IMG/VR virus record: IMGVR_UViG_3300025132_000161
Coordinates: 1-32,407 of that record
Source: a virus
Taxonomy: Duplodnaviria; Caudoviricetes
DNA length: 32,407 nt
Direction: 5' to 3' (one strand)
Positions 1-10,665 of this stretch are shown here, one piece after another (the stretch's first letter is position 1; every line of letters begins with the position of its first letter). The notes beneath the pieces are model-generated. The model saw only the letters and a list, made by a program, of their open reading frames with translations. It made no database searches and had not been told where the DNA came from. A program made the translations under genes and the position numbers.

Positions 1-21
1 TAAGTTGGTATTCTGTGGCAT
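1..21 (-). CDS. 5' end (partial) of the next structural gene, MPQNTNL...; probably the large VrlC/DUF4815-type virion protein that follows gp8 in cyanomyoviruses
   Basis: ATG at 21, 6 nt after the gp8 stop. N-terminus and gene order match my recollection of this family, but only 7 codons are visible. Confidence 0.5.
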
Positions 22-27
22 TTGCTT

Positions 28-1623
28 TTAAAACTCCAGCACTATTTTGATGTCTTCCTTCTGACTAGCAGATCTTGGGATTGCAGTTCGATTATCAATA
101 TAAATTATTTCACCTGACTTAGTATTAAATTCTGCTGATGATATACCAGCACTAAAACTCATACCAAGTTGATAGACTTTATTATTTATCGAGGTACTGA
201 CACCGTTATAGTTGGTGTCAACAGATAGTAAAGAACCACTAACAGATGATCCGTTAATAGTAACTCCATATCCAACATCAGGAGTTGAAGTAAATGGGAT
301 AACCTTAAATCCAGTTTCACTAGATGCAAGACCCATTGGTTGATAATACTTCAATACGCCAGTTACTTTATCCCATGACGCTACATATCCAATCGCAGTC
401 GATCCCAAACCTACTGTTTGAGTAATTTCAGAGTCAACAGCATAAGTTGTTGATGTTGTAATACCACCAAGTTTCAAAGCTTTTAATCCACTCACCATTG
501 CAGTGTCTAGTAATTCTGTGTCACTACCAAATACGGTGGGATTTTTTATTAGTCCAACCCTAGCAAAATCATTACCTTCAATAATGTCAGGGTTAGTTTC
601 TAGAGTTTCAAATCTAGAGTATAGTAGAGCTCGATACGCACCAAGTTCTCTATAGATGTCGTATCCATGACCACCTTTAGGTGGAACAATAACACTAAAG
701 TTTGCTACAGATGTCGTTCCGATTCCTGTATTGGTAAGGTTAGCAAGTACTCCGCCAGACTCACTGCCTGGAGCGCCTGGGAAAAATTGTATTGATCCGT
801 GGGTATATCCTTCCCCTCCGTCAGTAACAAATACTTCAGATACTTTTCCGAAAGAATCAATCGTAATTGTAGCCTTTCCTCCTGATCCATCTCCCAAAAT
901 GGGAACATTCGCAAATGAGGTGGAGATTGGTTGGTAGTTAGCACCTCTATCATTAACCACAACCACTTCAATCTTTCCATCTATAGCGTTAGCCTTTGTT
1001 GCAACAGTCTCCCCTTGTGAGCCCCAGTTTTCGGGCACTGGAATATATTCAATAGAGTCAAATTTAACGATTTCGGATGGTTTAATCGTATAAAGGTATT
1101 TCCAAACATAACCATCGCCACTAGTGCCAGCTGCCCTTGGTTCAAGGTCAACAAATGTGGGTTGGTCATATGATGGCCTTCCCTTTGGGTTCTCAGGGTC
1201 TGATCCATTTTGCAGACAAATGTAAACTTTCAAGTCTTCATTGACTATGTAGTAATTTGCATCGTACAAACTACCTTGTGAGGTTATTGGTGTGAGATTG
1301 TAGATATTATAGTCATGTCTATACATCTCATATGTTGTACCAGCAACCCAGCTAACTTTCCTGACAAGTCTACGAACATCCTTATCAGTAACCTTCTTCA
1401 TTGCAATGATAGACTCTTTGATAGAGTACTCCTCTTCAAATCCATCCAAAGGTGATGGTGTATTAGTAGCCCAATCGACAGTACCGCCCGCTTTCGGTTC
1501 AATGGAATTAGGCAATCCCATAAAAGCATAATACTTATTTACTGTAGATCCGACACCAACGAAACTTTGTACAAAAGTCTCAGCGTTCAGAATCCTAAAC
1601 TGTTCGGATATAATAGCAGGCAT
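28..1623 (-). CDS. gp8: Baseplate wedge subunit gp8
   Basis: 531 aa. Motifs W..GTTYEMYRHDY, YYIVNEDLKVYICLQNG, DGYVWKYLYTI and terminal IIYIDNR..I.R...QKEDIKIVLEF are typical of T4-like cyanophage gp8. Sits in the baseplate cluster. Confidence 0.9.
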   Translation of the reverse strand: MPAIISEQFRILNAETFVQSFVGVGSTVNKYYAFMGLPNSIEPKAGGTVDWATNTPSPLDGFEEEYSIKESIIAMKKVTDKDVRRLVRKVSWVAGTTYEMYRHDYNIYNLTPITSQGSLYDANYYIVNEDLKVYICLQNGSDPENPKGRPSYDQPTFVDLEPRAAGTSGDGYVWKYLYTIKPSEIVKFDSIEYIPVPENWGSQGETVATKANAIDGKIEVVVVNDRGANYQPISTSFANVPILGDGSGGKATITIDSFGKVSEVFVTDGGEGYTHGSIQFFPGAPGSESGGVLANLTNTGIGTTSVANFSVIVPPKGGHGYDIYRELGAYRALLYSRFETLETNPDIIEGNDFARVGLIKNPTVFGSDTELLDTAMVSGLKALKLGGITTSTTYAVDSEITQTVGLGSTAIGYVASWDKVTGVLKYYQPMGLASSETGFKVIPFTSTPDVGYGVTINGSSVSGSLLSVDTNYNGVSTSINNKVYQLGMSFSAGISSAEFNTKSGEIIYIDNRTAIPRSASQKEDIKIVLEF

Positions 1624-1647
1624 TTTAAAAAAACTAGTCTTTAGGTT

Positions 1648-1654
1648 TATTTAG
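1648..1654 (-). promoter_or_regulatory. T4-type late promoter (CTAAATA) for gp8
   Basis: TAAATA core in the 34-bp intergenic gap, about 25 nt upstream of the ATG. Confidence 0.7.
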
Positions 1655-1657
1655 TGG

Positions 1658-4600
1658 TTAAGTTAATGGTTTCTTTCTGGAGACCACTGCAGCAGTGGAT
1701 AATCCAACATTTCCATTCAGAGGATTGACGATAAAGTTAGTAGGATTACCAGCACCACGATTCTGATATCCGAATAACTTACCCCAACTATATTTACCCC
1801 AGAACGTATCGGTAGTTGCGGTTGTACCAACACCAACTTGAATTGTGTTGTTACCATAAGGGGTAGGTCCTGGCAAGAAAGCACATGTGACTGTTACTAA
1901 TCCAGAGATAGCATCTCCAACAGTAACTTGTTCAACTCTGAATACTCCTCCTAGATAATCACCAGAAGTTACCATACCAACAACCTGATTAGAACCACTT
2001 GAGGTAGTGATACCAGTTAAAGCATGACCAACAACTAATGAACTATCGTAGATAGTGAAGTAATCTCCCTGAGATAATCCACTAAATTCAACTCCAAGAT
2101 TGTTAAGTGAAGAATATCCATAACCAAGGTTAGTATTATCATTGAATTGAGATTTCAATGTAAATGCTAACTGAGGAAGTCTAGCACCAGAGCCTGGCAA
2201 CCATGTATTTATTCCTACAATGTCGCCAAAGTCACCTATAGCATCAACTGAGAATAAATCTTCTCTCTTAGTTTTATCAGATTCAACAATAACTGGAGGG
2301 TTACTTCCAACCTTGTAACCAAATCCACCATCAGTAATATTAATAGCTGTAATGACACCAGATGTTACTGATGCGGTTGCAGTTCCTCTGTTAATAACTG
2401 GGTCTGCATAGAAATTGGTTGTTGCAGATCCAACTGCAATGACTCTATTACTTGCAAAGTCGCCATAAGGTGTCTGTACCAAATCACGAATTTCATTAGT
2501 ATGATCAACAGTTCTCTTATTCCAGTTTGCAAGATCAAAGGAGTAGTAAAGATCGCCAACTGTAGAGAGACCAACGTAGAAATTATCAAAGAACTTAATC
2601 TTTGCAAAATCAAATGTTGCAGGGTGTTGTGTTCCAGCTGGCAACTGTTGACTCCAAGGTTGCCAGAAGTTCTTATCAGTTGAGATACCAATAGTACCAC
2701 TATCACCCACAACAATAAATCTATTACCATCATAGATGATATCATTTAAGTCATTAGCAGTATTACTTACCTTGTCTGACCAAGCAAATCCATCATTAGA
2801 TGCAATGATAGCACCACCATTACCAACTGCGATATATTCTGATTTACCATAACAAACTGCATTTAAAGTTTCTAGTGTTCCTGAGAACTGACTAAATGCA
2901 CCAGTAGATGTAAGACCAACAGTAGTGAATATAGATCCAGCAGCACCAACAGCAACCCATGTGTCTCTAGTTCTTTCCCAAACAACACCATTGAAATTGC
3001 CAGTATATGTACTATCGAATGTGCTTACTTGGTTGATTGCAGGGATTTGTCTTTGTTCAAATAAGTCAATAGGAGTCCATGTACTGATACTGTTACCAAT
3101 CGCAACTGCTCTAGCCATAGATCCAAAATCACCCACTGCCATGACATGAACATCAGAAGTTCCGCTGTCACCAACACCAACACCATTGAATGTGATAGTA
3201 TCACCAAATCCAATTCTACCCCTCTCCCAGAATGTTCCACTCTTGGTATTCATGTAGAAACTACTTGCACCAACAGCTACATATGGTTCTTGTTTAGATA
3301 TAGCTCTAAACTCTTGCGATGATGTAATACCAGTTATTGCATCAAACTGCCAAGCAGAGATTGGATCTTTACGTTCAATCAATGCACTAGAAATTGCAAC
3401 AGTTGGATTTGTAAGATTCGTATATCCTGTTCCACCATCTGTGATTGTTAATGATGAGATACTAGATGATGTAGAAACTAAAGAGGTAACAACACCAGGC
3501 GATATCTCAACATCTTCAAAGATTTGAACACTTCTTTCTGACTGTATTAACTTATCAATAGCATTGAATACAGGGAAAGCATTATTGACATAGATTGTAT
3601 CATCTAACTGACCAACGTTTTTAATAATTCTGGTAGTAGGAAGAACCTTACTCTTCAAACCAGGCCTTGATTTAGGAATTAGGACACCAGATAAAATCTG
3701 ATCTTGTCTCTGTTTCTCCCAAGATAATGGCCTTTCTGCAGCTGTGTTAGTGTCAATACCAATACTATTGTAAGAGAATGTCTCCATAACATCAGAAGCA
3801 ACAATCCTCTTAGTTGTTCTTTTAAATTGTGAAATATCATCTTTAACATTTTTGTTCTCTCCAATCTGTACAATGTCACCCTGTTTGACTGATGTTACTG
3901 GTTCAACAGTCTCAACGTCTCTCTTAGATCCTCTAAAGTAGAATACAGAACACTTAGAGTTTGGTTTTGGTGCCTCAGAGAATATAACTCTACTACCTTT
4001 GAATGTATAGGATGACTGTGGAGTTTGTATAATATCATTGATATAGATGAAGATATTATTTGTAATATCCATATCACTACCAGGCATAGTCTTAAGACTT
4101 AGGATCTCAGTAACACCACTGGTTGTAACTGATAAAGTAAACTTCTTACGAGTGCCGTTAAAGAATGGAGAAATATCATCAAACAAGATGAATTGGCCTG
4201 GATAGAATCCAGAGAATGTATCATTCTCAAGTTCTTCAACTGTCAATCTAAATTCAGTTAGAACACCAACTCTAGGGTTGGTCATAATACCAGAAACAGT
4301 TAGAACGTCATCTACTTTGTATGCAACACCCTCTTCAATAACATCAAACTCACCAATCTCTCCATCAACATTAATACGGAAATTAACAACTGCATTTGTA
4401 CCAATTCCAGTAGTTCCTGAGATATACTCAAGCTCTCTATTGAAGTATCCGTCTGGTTGTTCGATGTCGAGAAATACTGGTTTATCAATTCTACCACCTC
4501 TCTTGAAGAGAGCAAGTTCAGTTGTTACGCCAGCATTGACTCTAAACCTAGCAGCATCTAATTTTTCAACAACATCAAATCCAGAGAATCCTTTTTCTAT

Positions 4601-7600
4601 AGATGATGCAATCCTCTTACCTTGTTGTGAAATTCCAGCTCTTGCATAGTTATGATCTACTGTTGAAATACCAACATTTACAACATAAGTTTTACTATCA
4701 ATAATTTTGTCTATGAATGTACCACCAGATGCAAAGTCTTCACCACTAGGAGAGTTGTTTCTAAGTCTAGGCGCAAGTATAACACCTTGAATCTTACCAC
4801 CAGAGTTATAGAAACTAGGTGTAGTAGATGGGCCTACTTGTGTTTCAATAGTAGTGTTATTGATAACTCTAGTAATCAGTGAACCATTGTAATATGGATC
4901 TCCTCCTTTCGGATAGAACTGTTTTGTAGCGTAGTTATCCTGAGAACATGAGAATAGAATAGACTCAGTTTTCAATTTAACATTTCTACCAACACCAGCT
5001 GCAGTCGTGATTCCATGAACTGCTGGTAAGAAGGCAGTCATGATACCAATAGACTCATTGTAATCTGCATGATTGATGTTATATTCCACTCTAGTAGAAA
5101 CACCAACATTCAAAGTGACGTTGTTAGATGTTACGGCAGTTGGATATAATGCGGTGTCATGTGCTGGGTCTGTAGTTCTAGGATAAGGATGTTCTGTTGC
5201 ATATTGATCCATAGCACAAGAGTAGATCAATCCGCCTGTTGTTAAACCAACACTAGTAGTAGTTGATAATCCATGTGATGTATCAGTGGTTATCGTTGCC
5301 AATCCACTGTTTGCATCGTATGTGGCGTTAGTTACGTTGAACTTAACTCTAGATGTGATACCAACGTTGATTGTAAATGTGTCTGTGGTTGTAGAAACAA
5401 TACCCACTTCCACATCATGAATAGGATCAGTCGTTCTAGGATATGTGTGATCAGTCGCATAGTTGTCCTGAGAACATCTCCATGTGTATGAATCAGTTGC
5501 AAGACCAACAGTGTCTCTTGCAACCAACATTGCATCTAGTTCTGCATTTTCAAATGTGTGTAAGTAGTCTCCGCCACTTATAACTGAGTTAGCAGAAGCA
5601 GAAATAAAGATATGTTCTGATTGGTTAGATGACTTACCTACGTCCAGAGTAACTGTAGTATCTGTTGTAGCAGTAATCTTAACAGCAGTATTGTAAGCAG
5701 GGTCTGGGCCAGATATACCAGATTTCCTTGGGTAATAGTGGAATGTCGCATGATTATCTAAAGCACAAGTAAATTTGAATGCCCTTGTTTTGAGTTTAAC
5801 ACTAGTGCCTTTGGCAAGAGTGTGTGATCCAATATCTACAGTCATTAGTCCAGTGAACGGATCGTATGATCCACTTGTAGGACTATGATATACAAGGGGT
5901 GATGTTCCTACGTTGACACTAAACTGATTAGTAGATATTCCAGTTACAGATAACCACTTTTGGTCTGATGGATCTTTTCTTCTTGGATAACTCTTGATAG
6001 TCTTCCTTTGATTCATCATACATCTGAATCTAATAGAGTCTCTCTTGAAGGATACTCTATTACCAGTTATCATTCCATGAGCTTGGTTTGTGGTAACAGT
6101 CATGATACCACTGGCAGCATCGTAAGTTGCAAACTGGATTGTCTTATCATCATATGCACCATTGAAACCGTGAACATTAGAGAACACAGTCATGATTCCT
6201 GAGCTTGCAGTATAGGCTGCAGTAGTGATAGCAGAATTGACTATTGTAGATACACCAACATTAATAGTCAGTGTGGTGGCAGAAGTTGATCCAATACCAA
6301 CAGATACATTACCACCGATAGGATCATAAGAACGAGGGTAAGCATGTTCTGTTGCATGATCATCTCTAGCACATGTAAATCTAATTGAACCTGTATTGAT
6401 ACCAACAGTGAATCTAGCCTTCTTAAGACCACCAGAAGTAGCAGATACGAATGTGTGACTTCCTCCAAGAGTTGCAATACCAACATAAACAGAAAATGTG
6501 TTTACACCAACGTTATAAATTGGCAACCATTTATTAAGATATGGATCGGAGTATCTTGGATATGCCTTGGTAGCACTATTACCATCAATATCGCATGTGA
6601 ATGAGATAGAACCTAAATCAAATTTAACATATTCACCATCAACAAAACCATGATTTGCAATGGTTGGTTCTAGTACACCAGTACTAGTACTATACGTTGC
6701 CGTCGAAATTGTATGAGATGAATTATCATAGTAAGAGTGTCCAGCACCTACATTCATTATAAGTTCACCTGTTGCTGGATTATAAGTTGATGTAGTAATA
6801 CCACGTTCTCTGATTGTGGATACACCAACTCTTATTTCAAAGGTGTCTGTGGTTGCAGAAACGATTCCTAGATTTGTATTATACGCTGGGTCTGTACTAC
6901 GAGGATATGCGTGAACAGTTGCATAATTATCCTTAGCACACTTGAATGATATTCCACCTTTCTCTACTTTAACTTTTTGAGTTGGTCTTTGGATTGCTCC
7001 AGTAGTTGAATTCTGATACCAGTATGGAGTATAGTCTCCACCACCAGTAATCATTGCGTCTGTACCAACACCAACTAATGTGTACTCATAATCACCACCA
7101 GAAATAACACCACCAACAGCAACACCCTGATTAGGAACAAACTGATAGGTGCTTGAAGAAGTTGTAGGTCCTACATTCACTGTAAAGAGTGTTCCAGCAG
7201 CACCAACTAAAGGCAGAGTTCTTTCATAGTATGGGTCACTTGGTCTTGGATAGAAATGATTTGTTTGATATCCATCTTGTTCACATTTGAATACAAGAGA
7301 TCCAGGCTTAAACTTGATAGCTTGACCAACAGAAAAACCATGCAGTCTATCAAGAGATACAGTCATAATACCTGATGCAGGGGTATAATCTGCAAATCTA
7401 ATATTGTATGGAACTATAGTAGTAATACCAACTTGAGTTGTAATCGTAGTTCCAGATACACCTATGATAGGAACAGCAGTGTTGTAAGTTGGATCTGTAG
7501 TTCTTGGATAATACTTAGTAACAGTGTTTTGATCGGCACTACATGTAAATCCTAATGAACTACCTCTGAATTTAAAAGTTTGTCCAGCTGTTAGATCATG

Positions 7601-10600
7601 AGTTCCGATACTCAATGTCATTATACCTACAGAGGGTGTGTAGTCCGCTCCAGACACGGTGTAATCTATTCTAGTTGTAATACCAGCAAAGACTTCAAAC
7701 GTGTCTCCTGTGACGTTACTGATAGGAACCCAAGTATTACTTAAACTATCAGTTGTTCTAGGATAATATTTGGTTGTAGTAAATGAGTCTAGTGAACACT
7801 TCCAACCAATAGAATTATCTGCAATTAAGACTTGATCGCCATTTGAGAATCCATGACTAGGAACTGTAATCGTTAGAATACCAACAATCGGATTGTAATT
7901 AGCAGTTGTAAGTGAATGTTGACTAGGTCCAGATAATCCATGACCAGCAGCAGTTATAATTAACGAACCAGTGCTAGGTGTATAATCTGCATTTGTTGGA
8001 GTAAGTGTTCCAGCACCAATTACATCAATTGCACCAGTGATGGCACTGTGGAATGTGTGTGCGTAATCTCCACCAGTTTTGATTGTTGCATCATCAGAAC
8101 TAGCATAAGTGTGTGGATAATCTCCTCCTGAGAATGTGGATGTTGCAGTTGCACTGTGAAACTCATGTAAATATGGCCCACCAGTCAATAATGCACCTTC
8201 TTCTGCACGAAGGAATTTGTGAGGATAATCACCACCATATATGATTGCTCCGTTAACTGCCTCTTCAAATCTATGAACATATTGATTCTTGACACGAGAT
8301 ATACCAACATCCATTGCAAGTGCTGTTCCAGCATATCCTGTAATTGGAATAGAGGTGTCGTATGCAGTTGATCTACTTCTTGGATAGTAGTGTTGATATG
8401 CACCGTTATCTAAAGCACAAGTAAATGCAAGACCAGATAGTATGACATCTTTACCTACCTTGTACCCATGTGGTGCGGCAGTCGTTACAGTTAGAACTCC
8501 AGTTACATTATCATATAATGCACTAGAAACACCTAATGCAGGGTCATAATCGCAAGTGAAAGCAATACCAGAAAGTATTACACAATCATCTTCTTCAAGG
8601 TTATGATTTTTTCTTGTGGTGACAGTTGCAATACCTGATGTTTGATCATACTCAACATGTCCAACTTGAACAGCAGGAGCACTTGTAAATGTAATTGCAA
8701 CACCAGTAACATTTACATAATCATCAGTCTCTAAACCATGACCACTAAAAGTTATAAATGAACCAATACCAGCAGACGCAGTGTGTATGCCTGTTGTTGT
8801 GACTGCAGCACCGATATTAACAGTAAAGTTCTTTGCACTTAAAATACCAGTGACACCAAAGTATTTTTGTGCATCAGATGGGAATGTAATATTACCAATA
8901 CCTGTATCAAATTGAATACCAGCTAACTTAACTACATTTGCAGTTGTCAACCCATGAGCAGATGCCGCAGTAATAGTTGCAACACCAGAGAATGACTCAA
9001 AATCTACTTGTGATATGTTTATACTTGATGCAGTTTCATAACCATACGCAGTAACAGTTGTAATACCATTGATGGGGGTTTGATCAAGATATGAAACAGT
9101 TTTGGGTGTAAAGAATCCAGTTCCACCTTCTACAATACTAAAGTCTGTTATGATACCAGCTTCTGCTCTGTTTACGACACCACCACTTACATAATCATGT
9201 TCAAATGTAGAGATACCAATAAATGATCTGAATGTATTTGTAGTATGTCCACTAAGAACATCAAAACCAGTTACATTTCTACCTTCTAAGATTGCAGTGT
9301 CAACGCCTGCCTGCACTAGACCACCGCTAACATATGCTAGTGCTTGTGTACTGACACCACAATCTACCAATACATTCAAATTATCAATAACTTCTATAAC
9401 AGGATATGCGTCTTCTCTAAACAAGAATGTAGAGATACCGTTTGTAACTTGTACTTGTTTTATTAATAAACTTCTACTTTGGTTGGTGGCAGTTCCAAGA
9501 TAGTGACCACCAGTTACACCAATCGTTGTAATACCAGTGATATAGTCATATCCAAAGGTATTGATATTTCTGTTTGCCGATATAGGAGTAAATGTAAATC
9601 CAGCACCAGTAACTCTGACTAAATCATTCTCCACAAATCCATGAGATACCGCACCAGTATTGAATGTGCAAATACCTGTAATATGATTATAGTCTGCTGT
9701 AGATATTGCAACTGCACTACCAGCTGATGTTCCAAGAACAGCGGTAATACTTGCACCATAACCTTGAGATGCCCTTACAGTTATTTCTGGTATTGCTCTA
9801 TATCCTTGTCCTTTTCCTTCTATTTGAATAAACTCAAGACTACCAGTTGATCCTACACCGACTCTTGCAGCAGCTTTCAGGGGTAGATAATATCCTGAAC
9901 CAGTTGTCAATCCAACTTTATTAATTCTACCAGCTCTAGGAACTCCACTTAAGAAGTTAATTTTATTATCACCATCACCAACAATTTCAAAATCTAAGCC
10001 AGGTGTTTGAACTACATTGTTGATTAAGATAAATGGATTATTATTAATATCAACACCTGTGTTGACATTATTGTAAAGAGCAGTAACTACACCTAAGTTT
10101 TCAGATAAGTCAAATTGAGTACCAGCAATACCTGTAAAGTCTAAGGCTATATCATCAAGAATTACGTTGTTATCTTGTGCATCAAATGGATCTAATTTTC
10201 TAGAGAATAATCTACCAGCAAAAGAAGAACTTGTTTCCAATCCAACAGGGCCTGCATTACCATATGGCGCATCAGTGAAGAATATATTATCTTCAATAAT
10301 GTTATAATCACCAGTGAAAACAGAATATGCAGTTCCTACTGCATGATCTGTTGAAATAGTACCAAACGCACCTCTTTCTACGACCACCTCTGATCCAGTA
10401 GATGTACTGAATACAGGATAATATCCTACACCAGAATTGAAGACCAATACCTCGGATATTGTTCCAACACCACTAATGACAGGGTAAAATACACCTTCTA
10501 CAGCTGGAGTAGTTGTCCCCTCAACAATAATCTTTGGAGGGTCGGTTTTGGCATACCCTGCACCACCGTTTAAAACTTCAATTTGGTATACACCATATAC

Positions 10601-10657
10601 TGAGTTAAAAAACGGTCTAAGTAGAGCTCCTGATCCTGGCGTAACTCTTGTTGACAT
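1658..10657 (-). CDS. Giant baseplate/fibre structural protein (C-terminal half of a gp7-like giant protein) with a long internal repeat region and a C-terminal beta-propeller-like domain
   Basis: 2999 aa, Gly/Thr/Ser-rich. GxGY...P motifs, DDI...F.G...F.L modules, 12 Cys-x-YP(R/K) repeats, AVG..G.I..S.D..W blades and terminal G.YSWG. Located between gp7 and gp8. Confidence 0.8.
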   Translation of the reverse strand: MSTRVTPGSGALLRPFFNSVYGVYQIEVLNGGAGYAKTDPPKIIVEGTTTPAVEGVFYPVISGVGTISEVLVFNSGVGYYPVFSTSTGSEVVVERGAFGTISTDHAVGTAYSVFTGDYNIIEDNIFFTDAPYGNAGPVGLETSSSFAGRLFSRKLDPFDAQDNNVILDDIALDFTGIAGTQFDLSENLGVVTALYNNVNTGVDINNNPFILINNVVQTPGLDFEIVGDGDNKINFLSGVPRAGRINKVGLTTGSGYYLPLKAAARVGVGSTGSLEFIQIEGKGQGYRAIPEITVRASQGYGASITAVLGTSAGSAVAISTADYNHITGICTFNTGAVSHGFVENDLVRVTGAGFTFTPISANRNINTFGYDYITGITTIGVTGGHYLGTATNQSRSLLIKQVQVTNGISTFLFREDAYPVIEVIDNLNVLVDCGVSTQALAYVSGGLVQAGVDTAILEGRNVTGFDVLSGHTTNTFRSFIGISTFEHDYVSGGVVNRAEAGIITDFSIVEGGTGFFTPKTVSYLDQTPINGITTVTAYGYETASSINISQVDFESFSGVATITAASAHGLTTANVVKLAGIQFDTGIGNITFPSDAQKYFGVTGILSAKNFTVNIGAAVTTTGIHTASAGIGSFITFSGHGLETDDYVNVTGVAITFTSAPAVQVGHVEYDQTSGIATVTTRKNHNLEEDDCVILSGIAFTCDYDPALGVSSALYDNVTGVLTVTTAAPHGYKVGKDVILSGLAFTCALDNGAYQHYYPRSRSTAYDTSIPITGYAGTALAMDVGISRVKNQYVHRFEEAVNGAIIYGGDYPHKFLRAEEGALLTGGPYLHEFHSATATSTFSGGDYPHTYASSDDATIKTGGDYAHTFHSAITGAIDVIGAGTLTPTNADYTPSTGSLIITAAGHGLSGPSQHSLTTANYNPIVGILTITVPSHGFSNGDQVLIADNSIGWKCSLDSFTTTKYYPRTTDSLSNTWVPISNVTGDTFEVFAGITTRIDYTVSGADYTPSVGIMTLSIGTHDLTAGQTFKFRGSSLGFTCSADQNTVTKYYPRTTDPTYNTAVPIIGVSGTTITTQVGITTIVPYNIRFADYTPASGIMTVSLDRLHGFSVGQAIKFKPGSLVFKCEQDGYQTNHFYPRPSDPYYERTLPLVGAAGTLFTVNVGPTTSSSTYQFVPNQGVAVGGVISGGDYEYTLVGVGTDAMITGGGDYTPYWYQNSTTGAIQRPTQKVKVEKGGISFKCAKDNYATVHAYPRSTDPAYNTNLGIVSATTDTFEIRVGVSTIRERGITTSTYNPATGELIMNVGAGHSYYDNSSHTISTATYSTSTGVLEPTIANHGFVDGEYVKFDLGSISFTCDIDGNSATKAYPRYSDPYLNKWLPIYNVGVNTFSVYVGIATLGGSHTFVSATSGGLKKARFTVGINTGSIRFTCARDDHATEHAYPRSYDPIGGNVSVGIGSTSATTLTINVGVSTIVNSAITTAAYTASSGIMTVFSNVHGFNGAYDDKTIQFATYDAASGIMTVTTNQAHGMITGNRVSFKRDSIRFRCMMNQRKTIKSYPRRKDPSDQKWLSVTGISTNQFSVNVGTSPLVYHSPTSGSYDPFTGLMTVDIGSHTLAKGTSVKLKTRAFKFTCALDNHATFHYYPRKSGISGPDPAYNTAVKITATTDTTVTLDVGKSSNQSEHIFISASANSVISGGDYLHTFENAELDAMLVARDTVGLATDSYTWRCSQDNYATDHTYPRTTDPIHDVEVGIVSTTTDTFTINVGITSRVKFNVTNATYDANSGLATITTDTSHGLSTTTSVGLTTGGLIYSCAMDQYATEHPYPRTTDPAHDTALYPTAVTSNNVTLNVGVSTRVEYNINHADYNESIGIMTAFLPAVHGITTAAGVGRNVKLKTESILFSCSQDNYATKQFYPKGGDPYYNGSLITRVINNTTIETQVGPSTTPSFYNSGGKIQGVILAPRLRNNSPSGEDFASGGTFIDKIIDSKTYVVNVGISTVDHNYARAGISQQGKRIASSIEKGFSGFDVVEKLDAARFRVNAGVTTELALFKRGGRIDKPVFLDIEQPDGYFNRELEYISGTTGIGTNAVVNFRINVDGEIGEFDVIEEGVAYKVDDVLTVSGIMTNPRVGVLTEFRLTVEELENDTFSGFYPGQFILFDDISPFFNGTRKKFTLSVTTSGVTEILSLKTMPGSDMDITNNIFIYINDIIQTPQSSYTFKGSRVIFSEAPKPNSKCSVFYFRGSKRDVETVEPVTSVKQGDIVQIGENKNVKDDISQFKRTTKRIVASDVMETFSYNSIGIDTNTAAERPLSWEKQRQDQILSGVLIPKSRPGLKSKVLPTTRIIKNVGQLDDTIYVNNAFPVFNAIDKLIQSERSVQIFEDVEISPGVVTSLVSTSSSISSLTITDGGTGYTNLTNPTVAISSALIERKDPISAWQFDAITGITSSQEFRAISKQEPYVAVGASSFYMNTKSGTFWERGRIGFGDTITFNGVGVGDSGTSDVHVMAVGDFGSMARAVAIGNSISTWTPIDLFEQRQIPAINQVSTFDSTYTGNFNGVVWERTRDTWVAVGAAGSIFTTVGLTSTGAFSQFSGTLETLNAVCYGKSEYIAVGNGGAIIASNDGFAWSDKVSNTANDLNDIIYDGNRFIVVGDSGTIGISTDKNFWQPWSQQLPAGTQHPATFDFAKIKFFDNFYVGLSTVGDLYYSFDLANWNKRTVDHTNEIRDLVQTPYGDFASNRVIAVGSATTNFYADPVINRGTATASVTSGVITAINITDGGFGYKVGSNPPVIVESDKTKREDLFSVDAIGDFGDIVGINTWLPGSGARLPQLAFTLKSQFNDNTNLGYGYSSLNNLGVEFSGLSQGDYFTIYDSSLVVGHALTGITTSSGSNQVVGMVTSGDYLGGVFRVEQVTVGDAISGLVTVTCAFLPGPTPYGNNTIQVGVGTTATTDTFWGKYSWGKLFGYQNRGAGNPTNFIVNPLNGNVGLSTAAVVSRKKPLT
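4630..9710 (-). repeat. Protein-level repeat array (roughly 90-100 aa modules: A.Y...TG.MT.T...HG ... F.C..D...T...YPR..DP...T.TVNVG.S) in the 2999-aa protein
   Basis: 12 copies of C-x(10-11)-YP(R/K) readable in the translation, plus more divergent copies upstream. Confidence 0.85.
8030..8285 (-). repeat. Five tandem ~17-aa repeats (GG[DP]Y.H.F......GA)
   Basis: YVHRFEEAVNGAIIY/GGDYPHKFLRAEEGALLT/GGPYLHEFHSATATSTFS/GGDYPHTYASSDDATIKT/GGDYAHTFHSAITGAI. Confidence 0.8.
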
Positions 10658-10665
10658 TTATTCCT

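Noticed and set aside
4630-9710. Diversity-generating retroelement or invertible shufflon in the repeats
   Set aside because: No reverse transcriptase or invertase. The repeats are divergent at DNA level, with no adenine-specific TR/VR pair noticed.
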